A stretch of DNA of 63,407 bases, the filler included, from Stramenopiles sp. TOSAG23-6 (Eukaryota): NCBI GenBank assembly GCA_900128565.1. It is 12 parts of 12 records of this genome, joined end to end, with 100 filler letters (N's around TTAATTAATTAA, not from the genome) between each part and the next. Parts side by side here need not be neighbours in the genome. Positions count along the whole stretch, not along the records: positions 49,110 to 55,109 come from LT636796.1; positions 55,210 to 61,196 come from LT636797.1; positions 61,297 to 62,302 come from LT639976.1; 9 more parts are not named here. One strand, written 5' to 3'. The number at the start of each line of letters is the position of its first letter. Within the stretch, counting starts at the first letter, position 1. The notes under the pieces are model-generated. The model saw nothing but the letters and a program-made list of their open reading frames with translations. It was not told the origin of the DNA and did no database searches. Positions 51,366 to 62,402 of this stretch are shown piece after piece. Both the position numbers and the translations under genes were made by a program.

Positions 51366-54300
51366 ATGGAGAAAAGTAGTCATACGTTGTTGGGTTCAGT
51401 GACTGAGACACCATCGTATCACACTCTCAACGAAAGCGAACAAAACAAACAACACAGAAGTCAACAGGACGAAAGTTCTACTTCTCTGTCGTCGTTACAG
51501 TCGTCACACATAGATTCACTGTCTCCTAATGATATATTCCCATCATCCAACGTTTATAAAATTGAATCAGACAAAATTCATACTGTGTTTGATTCTACTA
51601 AATTTATTAACTTACAGGATACTTACCAAAAATCGAGAACAGAAACGTCGGCAGAGCGCCGCTTAAAAGCAGCTGCTGAAGAAAAAATTCTGCTCAAAGC
51701 GGCTAATGCAAAGTTAGCCAAAGCTCGTTTTTATGATGAGGAGTTTTTGATTCGTACAAAATTATTACAATTATATGTGAGTTTTCATCATCATTTTTCA
51801 AGTTTTTTTTTCGTACGAAATTTTGTACCTNACNAANTTNAANTTTTTTTTTACAATTTTTTCACAATACATGGAACACTACTACACAAAAAGTTGAATA
51901 TTGTACGAAATTATCGTAACAAATTTAATGGTGTAGTTGACTCTATTCGTCAAAAATCTCAAAATATTGTTTTGAATAAAACGAATAATAGTATTAGTAG
52001 TACAACTACTAGCGTACAACAAATGAATACAACTTATTCTATAGTAAAAGATATATTGGATGATATACTTTTACATGTCTTATACCCTAACCCTAATCCT
52101 ACTAATGTAAGCCCCAACCCTAATTACCCTGACCCTAACCCTACTAGTGAAAGCCCTAACCCTACTAGTACAAAAACAAAAAAAATACCGAATACAAATG
52201 TACCAAATTCTGTACCTAATCAAACGATTCATGATACATTACAAAAATGTAAGGAAAGTATTGACACGAAATGTGAAACAATTCAAAACAAGATTGAAAT
52301 ACAAAAAGTAAAACATATACAATTTCAACAACAATTAGCCACGTGGCAAAAAGAAATTGGACATTCAAGAGTTCCTGATGAATTAGATTGTCCTTCTGGT
52401 GGTACTTTTAAAATTTTTTTTTCATCAAGAATTTCAAAATATTTTTTTCGTACGAAAATTTGTACCTAACAAATTCTGAATTTTTTTTTTCCAGAAATAT
52501 TTTTTGACATCACATGTGTGCTCGATGATCCCGGTACCGTGCTTGTACGTAAAGTAAAAACAAAAACAGATGACAAACATAATAAATCTGGAAATGTTTT
52601 ATTGGAATATCAAGTTGGTCAGATTATGGTATCAAGTGATGCTCCAAATTTTAATGGAAGTGAGTTCAAAAAAACTTTGCTTGAGGAGCAACAAAAATTT
52701 CAATTATTAAAACAAAAACAAGAAGAAAAAAAAGAAGAAAAAAAAAGAAACAATGAAAAACGAAGAGAACAACAAAAACAACAAAAACAACAAAAACAAC
52801 AAAAACGACTACAACAATACCAACAATACCAACAACAAAAATACCAACAACAACAAAACCAACAACAACAAAACCAACAGAAATATAAAGCTGGATTTCA
52901 ACAGTTGAATACAAAAAATACAAAAAATACAAAAAATACAAAACATACAAAACATACAAAAAATACAAATATTTCTCATTTGATGAATGCGTATACTCTT
53001 CAGCTTAAACGTGAAATGTTACCACTAAAACATCGAAATGCTTTATTACGTGATAGAATTCTTCGTGAAGGATCAAAAATTATTCAGCAAAATTTACAAT
53101 ATAATCCATTATCTACTTTATCATTACCACAATACCAACAACAACAATACCTACAAAAACAATACCAACAACAATATCTACCATCTCAACAACAATTTCA
53201 AAAATACCAACAACAACAACAATTTCAAAAATACCAACAACAACAACAATTTCAACAATACCAACAACAACAACAATTTCAACAATACCAACAACAACAA
53301 CAACAACAATACCAACAACAACAGCAACAATCTAAATTTTTGAATACAGTAAATAATCCATTATTACAAAGTCAATCAATACCAAATAATCCATTATTAC
53401 AAAATCAATCAATACCAAATAATCCATTATTACAAAGTCAATCAATACCAAATAATCCATTATTACAAAGTCAATCAATACCAAATGATCCATTATTACA
53501 AAGTCAATCAATACCTCCATTAGTACAAACTTTCCTACCTAATTTTGTACCGTCAGAGAATACTCAAAGAATATCCTGTAATTCAAATTATTCAAATTCC
53601 AATTCAAATATGAATAATTTGAATCATTCAAATATGAATAATTCAAATTATAAATTGAATAATTCAAATTATTCGAATTTGAATAATTTGAATAAAATGA
53701 GTAGCCAAGAAGAAGCAAAATGGATGAGATTGTGGAAACTACAAAATTCTGTACCAAATTTTGTACCTAATTTATTTAGGCAAACAAACCTCAATCATTC
53801 AGATTTTTATTCTACATCGAATACAACAAATTATTCTATACAAAATTTTGTACCTAATCAAAATAATCAAAATAATCAAAATGTTGCATTACATCAAAAT
53901 TTTGTATCAACTAAAATGTCTCAATTAAATACAGAAAAAACGGAAAAAAACAACCTACAATCTCAACAAGAAGAAATGATAACTTCAACATATGTACAAA
54001 GTTTTGTACCTATTCAAAAAAATCAAAAAAATCAAAATAATCAAAAAAATCAAAAAAATCAAAATAATCAAAAAAATCAAAATAATCAAACCTTTGAAAA
54101 GGATGTAAAAAATTTGAAACGTAAACATGACAACATTCAAAATGTAAATTTGACAAAAGAGCAACAAGAAGTATACGACAATTTACCAAAAAAAAGAAAA
54201 ATTTGTTTTGCGAGAAATGTTTTAAAAGCAAAAGAATCAAATTCAGTTGATATTCAATTAAAACATCAACAATATCATTTACTACAACATCAACAAGATT

Positions 54301-54741
54301 TAAAATCAGCTGAAATGTTTTGTAAAATGGTTTTCGATAAAAAATCACCCACAAAACTTGAAATATTGAACCCTAACCCTAACCCTACCCTAATAAAAAT
54401 GAAATGTAATGTGAATAACAAAATAAGTGAAACGAAAAAAAAAGATGATGTGAAAATATGCGTTTACGTGGGATGTGAAAAAAAAAGTCAAGGTCGGACT
54501 CCCTTTTGTGTTTTACATGGCGGGGTTCGTTACACTAGAAACATTTTTTTATACATTTTTTTATACATTTTTTTTTTTACATTTTTTCAAAATTTCAATT
54601 TTTTTTTTTTTGCTGTATAAAAAATCTATACCCAACACAAAATATTTTTATACTATATTGTAGACAATACATGGTAAACGGTGTATTATTGAAGGATGTA
54701 CCAAATCAGCTCAGGGTAAAACAAGAAAATGTATTGCACAT
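51366..54741 (+). CDS. Gln/Asn-rich protein with C-terminal WRKY19-like C-x4-C..C..HGGG zinc fingers; introns 51777-51872, 52402-52515, 54525-54672; 3' partial
   Basis: CVYVGCEKKSQGRTPFCVLHGG|GKRCIIEGCTKSAQGKTRKCIAH. Confidence 0.7.
53353..53515 (+). repeat. 33-bp coding tandem repeat x5 (NNPLLQSQSIP), next to poly-Q tracts
   Basis: Direct inspection. Confidence 0.85.
54525..54672 (+). other. GT-AT intron (register-defining)
   Basis: GGG|gttcgt..gacaatacat|GGT restores HGGGKRC; the AT-AC register would give HGDGKRC. Confidence 0.85.
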
Positions 54742-55260
54742 GCATGTTTTATCTTTTTTTACAAAAAATCGAATTTATTTTTTCGTACGAAATTTTGTAC
54801 CTAACAAATTTTTTAGAATTTTTTTTTGAAATATTTTTCCAAAATACATAACAATAGGGCAAGGAACGAATGCAGAATTCGAATGCGTTCCAGAATGCAC
54901 TCAAAAAAGTGACTGCGATTTTGTTGGTTGTTCGACGTTTCCTGGGGAGAATGTGACAAATTATGATTGTGTAGAACAGAATGGGCAACAAGTATGCCGT
55001 AATGTATGTTGTATTTTTTTTTTTTTTTGTAATTTTTTTTTTTTTTTTTTATTTTTTTTTTTTTTTAAGAAAAAATAATACCAAAAAAAAACTTTAAAAA
55101 AAAAAAAAANNNNNNNNNNNNNNNNNNNNNNNNNNNNNNNNNNNNNNNNNNNNTTAATTAATTAANNNNNNNNNNNNNNNNNNNNNNNNNNNNNNNNNNN
55201 NNNNNNNNNTCGTACCTAACAAAAACAAAATCAAAAAAAAAATATTTTTTCACAATATAT

Positions 55261-57236
55261 GTACTACTTGGAATAATTATGTAAATGAGTTTATCAGAAA
55301 ACGCGAAGCAAATAGAAAATCATTAAAAGTAAATAGAAGGGGAAAGCAAAAAAATACCCTGAAAAAAGTTCTAGATTCGATCATTTCGAAAACAAATGCA
55401 TTATGGGCTTGTGACACACCCCCGACAGAGTGGGTACTAGACTCCAGGCAGTGGGATGCTATTGGTGCAAAACTTTCTAGACAAGGAAATCATTGTAAGG
55501 AACGGTGGTTTGAAATTATGAAAACTGGTTTGCAAGCTGCCATGGATGTTGTTTCGGGTGATATTAATGATAATAATGAAATGTCTAACTTAGCTATGAA
55601 GCTTTGGTTTGATGCGTGTGAAAGTTCACCTCCTAAATTTCCTACTAAAGCTTCTACTGGGAGAGAAAGAGCTGCCAACAATAGAGTCTTAATGCACTTT
55701 ATGGATGCAAAATCTGATATACAATCTGATGCGACTAATACAACTATTTTCATTGGAACACCTTCTGATGTAAGCTTACCACCATTATCAAAGCAACAAG
55801 TGATGACATCATTCATGCAACTTTGGTTTTCTAATCGAATAATACAGTCGCCTTTACCCAGGAAGCAATCAAAATCTAGTAAAACTGCGCATGCGAATAA
55901 ACGTGGATACATACTAAGTGATGGACTACAAAAATCTTTAGGTATAGTATATTCTATAGATTCGCTGAAATTTGCTAATAAATTTTCTTCGTTNTATTCN
56001 GTTGGTTCGAAACGAAAATATTGGCCGAAAGATGGTATAGTGAATCAAAGTGGATATATTACTGCAATGTTACCTATGCTTATCAAAGGCGATGCTAGCT
56101 TATTTATAGATGTCGCCACTCTCAATAAGGTTGATATTGATGCTGATGGTCATAATGATGAACTTATAGCGGAGAAAATGCTACTTAAATCATCTGATGT
56201 GGATACTGTAAGATCTGCTGATATTCCAAAAAGTTCAATATGGTTGGACACAACAGGTGAACGTTCTGGTTGGGGTGATTCATCCCTAGAGTCTTCCTTT
56301 TTTATTCCGGATGCTGATGNTGANGATGACGATGCAATTGTATTGAAATCAATGAGTGAAAATTTGAAAAGACAAATAACATCAAGTGGTCAGAACGGAA
56401 TTGATCTTCTTACATTGTTAGAAAAAAATCCAAATATGAGTAAGAAAAAAGTAAAAGCTGCCCTAAAAGACTTATTATTCAAAAAGACAATTGTTTGTGT
56501 TTCTGTGTATTCGTCTTTTAAATTTGTTGCTATGCGCAATTCCGACATTTGGGGAAGGTATTTTTCAATCAAATCTGATAGTAATAATAATCATAATAAT
56601 ATTAATAAACCCCGATCTGAATCAATTGAAATATTAGGTTCAAAATCTGCTGAAACTTTATTGAGTGAAAGAGAAACGGCAGCAAAAAATCAAGGACTTT
56701 TGGTAGAGATTCAAAGTCCATCACAGAATATAGTGAAAAGAAATTTAGAATCAAATGAAGTTCTTGAAAGTTCAGCATCTACTGGGTTATCTTCCGAGTC
56801 AAGCAATTCTTTATTTGCATCACAGGCTGAATCTAAACAGTGGTTTCAGTATAGCTGTTGGATTTCCCCCAAGGGTAATTGCAATGTATCTATTTTGGAG
56901 AAAGTGCGACAAAATATTTTATCAAAGTTGATTGAATTTCCTGGATTGAATGTAAAGCAGTTATCAAATAAGATATTTCCTGATATATGGGGTGTGTCTG
57001 ATATTTTTTGTGTAGTCTCACAACTAGAGAAGCACGGTTTGGTGAAGAGTTTTCGTGTAAAAACTGAGTTACCTCATATGACTCTTTTCGAGAATGTTGC
57101 AGGTGATGATTCCAATGTCAAATATCANTTATGTTACTTCGCCGATATAGAAGCTCTATCGAAATTACATGCAATTCGTACAAATCACTTGACAATGGTA
57201 GGAATGGATGATATATTTCGTTTTTATTTTTTATAA
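55261..57236 (+). CDS. C-terminal exon of a large protein with Myb-like and winged-helix-like segments (possibly TFIIIC subunit 1-like)
   Basis: WDAIGAKLSRQGNHCKERW; ILSKLIEFPGLNVKQL. Confidence 0.4.
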
Positions 57237-57299
57237 AAAAATACAGTTTGTTGTTGAGGAATAATTCATATTTTTATGTCAAAAATATTCCAATCTCAA

Positions 57300-58714
57300 T
57301 CAATCGATCAATATGCTACTCGAACTTGTACCTCGAAGAAATTCAGAACTTTCAACATTTGCTTTACTCGACGTGATGGTGACGTCTGCACACGAAGACC
57401 ACACCTGTGAAGATTCTTCACAATCCCAACGCCAACCAAGCACATATTTTCCAGGTTCCAAGTGAGCAGGAATATGTACTTTGTCCATCATCTCGACTTC
57501 ATCATTCCAATCGCCAGAACATTTACAAATTCCCTGAGTNCCGTTATGTGGATGATAGTGACTATTTTTACATTCTTCACTTTCGTCACAAACAGGATCG
57601 AAACTTGCTCCATATGTCGACCACTCATTGACATTTCTTGGAATGGGCATTTTTCGCCACATCGAGCCCTCAATATAATTTGTAGGATATGATAATTATA
57701 CAAAAATAAATATCCTCTNATTGTGTGAGTAGAGAACGAAAGTGTTATCTAAAAAAACATATTTAAAATAAATACAAAATACGGAACTGTACCAGTTTTG
57801 ANTTGCCATCCTCGTTCTACAGGATCAAAATAAAGTTGTTTACCGCCTTTCCCTCCCCATCGAAGGGAAGCTTTCCCAGTAAAATCCAAAGGTGTTTTTT
57901 GGAAACACTCTTCATTAAGTTCATTGCCAACTTTACAAAGTCGATAAGAATAACCACCACCGTGCCAAGCTTTCAGGGTCCATCCGACTTCGACATCACT
58001 CCCAGCTTGCCATACTGTTTCTGTCTCTAGAGGAGGTAATTGAGAACCCACATCTCCCACTTTTGCATATTTGGTTTCAAAATAATCAGCCCCAGCTGAA
58101 CCCTCGCCCTGGCCTTTCAATCGTCCACCTGCTGCACCGCAACTGTCAACGACTGGAGAAATTCCTGGATATCGCCAAGGCATGAAGAACCAAAAATCAT
58201 CCTCTGCTCCACACTCAGCGTTTGTGTTTAATGTTCGAAGTCGCTTGTCACAGATAGTTGCTTCCCGTTTAGGATACACCACTGTTGTAGGCCGAGCCTT
58301 CTGCCGATCAAATTTTTTCATCCAAGCAGGATCAGGTACAATACCTTCGCCGGTCCAGCTTGGTGGAACTTTATTTGGTCCTGTATATAAAAATTTTTCA
58401 TTACAACAAGGAATTTTTTGACCGGTGTTGCCATCACATTTTTCACAACCAATATCACAACCATTCGAAAACCAAAAACAAGATTGCCCAAGACTTCCAT
58501 CAATGTGCCGAGGATCTGTTGATTTNGCAGAAGGACTAGCGCACCAATTGGGGGTGTCGAATGGGATTGGATTAGGAATTTTTGAATTCCAAGGAAAGAG
58601 TGTTCCATCAATCGCATTCCGTGGTTTTGGTTGACTTAAGGAGCCGTGAGCACGTACCGTTAGAAATATTGGTAGCGTGAAAGATATAGTAAAACAGAAT
58701 GTCTTCCAAGACAT
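57300..58714 (-). CDS. Secreted lytic polysaccharide monooxygenase-like protein; GT-AT intron 57673-57782
   Basis: His directly after the signal peptide (VRA/HGSL..PRN), HGGGYSYRLC, PGKYVLGWRWDCE..QVWSSCADV; join restores GTVP|EGSMW. Confidence 0.75.
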
Positions 58715-59041
58715 TTTTTTAATGGTGATTTGTAGTGCGATGTTTTAACGAATAGCGGCAGTAGCTACCGGTAGATATAATGATACCTGATTTCAAAAGT
58801 AAGGGTATCTGATCTATCTTCTCCGCATTTGAAGTTTGAACGTGTTTTTTGCGGATGCTCCTCTATAGCCGTGTAGTTTCTCAGGACGTTTCTCGGCCGT
58901 TAATTACTAACTAGGGTTAGGGCGATGATAGTGACTGGCGCAGTCAGAAATTTCAAGAAATACAGTGTTGCCTCTCGTACATGAATATTGTGTTCTAATT
59001 TAATCATTTTATATTCTTTACAATCTACACTTTAGAATACA

Positions 59042-60131
59042 ATGCATGCTATTGCTCTATTTATTTTATTGGCAAATACTATTCCAGTATTTTTTGCTAT
59101 CCCGGTATTTGGAGACAATCGTGCATATATGCTTGGTCTCATGGCCAAGAAGAACAAGGGTGTTGCGGATGTCTCTTTCGAAGACTATGAAAAGTTCATT
59201 CTTGACCAACCCAGGCCGTATAACATTGTTGTACTTTTCTCATCAAAAGTAAATTGCTATTATTGTCCAGAGATGGCTGCTCAATTTTCTACTTTGGCTC
59301 AGAATTATTGGTCACAAAACCCAACACGAGATGATTTACACTTTGTGCAATTAACGTACAAATATGGCAAAAAACAAAAGAAAAAAAGAAATGATAATAA
59401 ACCTTTTGATGATTTCAAACTAAAATCGGTACCTCAATTAATGTATCTTGGTAGAGCAAAGGATAAGGATGATGTATTTAATGTACCAAAAGGAAATGTT
59501 TTCCCTCATCTGGAAGGAACTGCTGAACAAATGGCGACTTGGTTAAAACGGCGAGCAAAGATTGAAATTACAATTAAACGGTCTAATATGCTTGGTATAT
59601 TTATACTAACCACTATTCTTTGTCTAGTTGCATTCTTTGCAAAAAAAGCTCTTTCCCATTTGGATTCAATTTTACGAATAATTCGTCACAAAAAAATATG
59701 GCTATGGGGTTCACTAGCGGTGTATATGGCGTCGATTTCTGGTATTATATTTGATTTAATTCGAAACCCCCCTCCTTTTTATTGTACATCCAAAGGTTGT
59801 ATGTTTATTCATCCACAATCTCAACAACAATTTATAGGTGAAGGTTTGCTTATTGGCTCTTTATATATGGGTATGGCATATTGTGCAATTTTACTAAATA
59901 AGAGCGTGAAATATGTATGTTTTACTTTTTTTAAATTCGAATTTTTTTTCGTACGAAATTTTGTACCTAACGTTTTTTTTGAAATATTTTTCTACAATAC
60001 ATGGCCCTAATATGGATGATCACAGTTATACAATTATGACTTGTGCAGGTGGCTTTATTTTTGCATTTTCTATTATGTTGACTCTGTACAGAAGTAAGAA
60101 TCGGTGGTACCCTTTCCGATTACTATTTTGA
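59042..60131 (+). CDS. OST3: Oligosaccharyltransferase OST3/OST6 (MAGT1/TUSC3-like) subunit; GT-AT intron 59915-60002
   Basis: PRPYNIVVLF, CYYC thioredoxin-like motif, IRNPP, QQFIGE, YRSKNRWYPF. Confidence 0.88.
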
Positions 60132-60439
60132 AGGTATTGTGTTATAAAATCTAAATCTTACATGAGTATTTTTTTTAAATTTGTTTTTGTAAAATGTGAG
60201 CCAAAACACGAAAAATCGAATGATTTCGAAAATCGAATTTTGAAATGTCAAGTTGTCAACAACAACAACTCGAACTCAAAAGTTCAAAACAACATAAATA
60301 AACGCATCATCGATCAGATCTAATTATTAATTTGCTATAGAAATTAAATATTGGTTTTCTCTTCGAAACTAATAGGTGCAACAAACACATATTCTATGAG
60401 TAAGTATATTCCAATGTAAAAAAAGAAATAAAAAAGAAT

Positions 60440-61105
60440 ATGCATCGCCGTGCTTACCAACGTAAATCAGAAAATAGTTTTAGCTCAATCAGTGGTCAAA
60501 ATATTCAAGACGATGCAAATGAAATTACATTTGCGTACAATTATCGTGTCGCAATTTTTGCGTTACCAAGTTTCTTTGTCATAGTATTATTAAGTGGAAA
60601 TATGTTTTGTAGAGTATTTGGTTTGGGTGTAATTTTGGTGAATATCGCAAAATTAACTGGTCAAGTTGTGGGTGCACAGTGTCTCTTACTTTCCACTTTT
60701 CTGGTAACATCTACAATCTTGGTTATAAGTGTAGCACCTCTAATACATTATTCGTATTGGAATATTCTACCAATAGTTAGTTTAATTATACTCAATACTT
60801 TAAATATAACTTGGTTTGCACTTCAAAACCCTTGGTTATATAAAAACTTTCCATTCTGTTCGGTATTTTTAGAAAGGCTTATTTTTACAGTGCTCCCAGT
60901 ATCTGCTCCAATAGTGCTTACGTGGTTCATTTCTAAATTTGACATTCCCAATGTTGATTTAGTTCTCATGTTTCAGTTAGGAATGGGGATTTATATATAT
61001 TCTTCATCGTTAACTCTCTCTTCAATTTCTCTGAAAAAAAGAGAAAACCAAATAGAAAATAGAAATCAAATACAAATATACGAAACACAAAAATCGCAAC
61101 TACAT
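60440..61105 (+). CDS. Multi-pass membrane protein, NO EXINE FORMATION 1-like, 3' partial
   Basis: FAYNYRVAI..WFALQNPWL..FLERLIF..P resembles the NEF1 N-terminus. Confidence 0.6.
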
Positions 61106-61559
61106 GTATGTTTTTTTTCAATTGTTTTTCAATTTCGAATTTTTTTTTTCGTACGAAATTTCGTACCTAACAAATTTTACAAAAAAAAATATTTTTNNNN
61201 NNNNNNNNNNNNNNNNNNNNNNNNNNNNNNNNNNNNNNNNTTAATTAATTAANNNNNNNNNNNNNNNNNNNNNNNNNNNNNNNNNNNNNNNNNNNNAATT
61301 TCAAATGAATAATTATGCTATTAATTCAAAAACCTGCTTTGTTATAATAAATAGTACTATATAATAATTTTTAATAATCAAGAAAAAATAAAAAAATGCC
61401 ATTTTTAACCACCTAAAACACACAAAATCCCAGAATTTTCATACTCTTTTTTCTTCTTTTTTCTTTGTTTCATACTCAAGCTTTTTACATTTCAAATCTG
61501 CTTGCATTTGCTTCAATTGTAACTCAGCTTTTGCTAACTCAAGTTCATCAGAGGCAACC

Positions 61560-62298
61560 ATGCCTGCTGCTCGACATGGAGATGTGATATTGTTGGACTC
61601 TAAATCAATTGTAGAGTACATTAAAAAAACATGGTCACAAGAATCACTTACACCTGCAAGAGAATCTGGTGCTTCAGCATTGATCAACTGTGGATTAACA
61701 GATCATTTGTGGACAATACTTTCCAAGACTGGTAAAGAGCAGGACATTGGCAAAGCAGAATTCTTTCGCGAACTCGAGGAAATTGATGCATGTATATCAA
61801 ACAATAATCATAATTTGTTTGTAGAATCAAATAATGAGAATATTTCCAATATTTGGCTTGATGGTCGTGACTCACCATCATTAATTGATTTAGGTTTGAT
61901 GCCTAAACTAGCAACGGCGATAATTGCATCGAAACATTTAAGTGGAATAGATATTTTTGAAAGAGGTATGTTTCCAGCGGTCAATCTATATTATAATTCA
62001 TTTATGAAATCTGATGTTTGGATTTCAAGTACCTCAACTGGATTCGATGAAGAAGCTGTTGTAATATTTTGGGGAGATTATTTAGTTAAAACTGGAGTTA
62101 GAGATACCTACGCACTTCCAAAGAAGCAGACTACGAAGAGAACAACGAAATCCTCAGAAGATAATACAAAAGAAAAGAAATTCTGGGAAACTATCAGAAG
62201 TAGTGTCTTCAAAACTACACCAGGTAAAATAACAAAACGACGTACATGGAAGAGTAAATGGAAGACTCCCATCATTATTGGTCAAAATGTAAATACAG
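61560..62298 (+). CDS. GST-fold (DHAR/CLIC-like) protein fragment
   Basis: P....G..LLDSKSIVEYI; WLDG..PSLIDLGLMPKL. Confidence 0.55.
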
Positions 62299-62402
62299 GT
62301 ATNNNNNNNNNNNNNNNNNNNNNNNNNNNNNNNNNNNNNNNNNNNNTTAATTAATTAANNNNNNNNNNNNNNNNNNNNNNNNNNNNNNNNNNNNNNNNNN
62401 NN

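Larger units (their letters stand above)
6064..62402. other. Eleven artificial contig spacers N44-TTAATTAATTAA-N44 (6064-6163, 12220-12319, 18371-18470, 24520-24619, 30655-30754, 36789-36888, 42901-43000, 49010-49109, 55110-55209, 61197-61296, 62303-62402)
   Basis: Identical 100-nt linker with stops in all six frames; contigs decrease in length. Confidence 0.97.

Noticed and set aside
54742-55003. Zinc-finger protein continuing into a Cys-rich extracellular-like exon
   Set aside because: Expected GGG after CIAH is absent and the frame differs; likely chimeric assembly
59913-60000. U12-type AT-AC introns
   Set aside because: No ATATCCTT donor or TCCTTAAC branch; the upstream AT and penultimate AC vary between copies, and that register creates a stop at 44555-44656
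61439-61687. Overlapping minus-strand coiled-coil ORF against the GST-like gene
   Set aside because: On a 1-kb contig; more likely an inversion chimera or shadow ORF than a true overlapping gene
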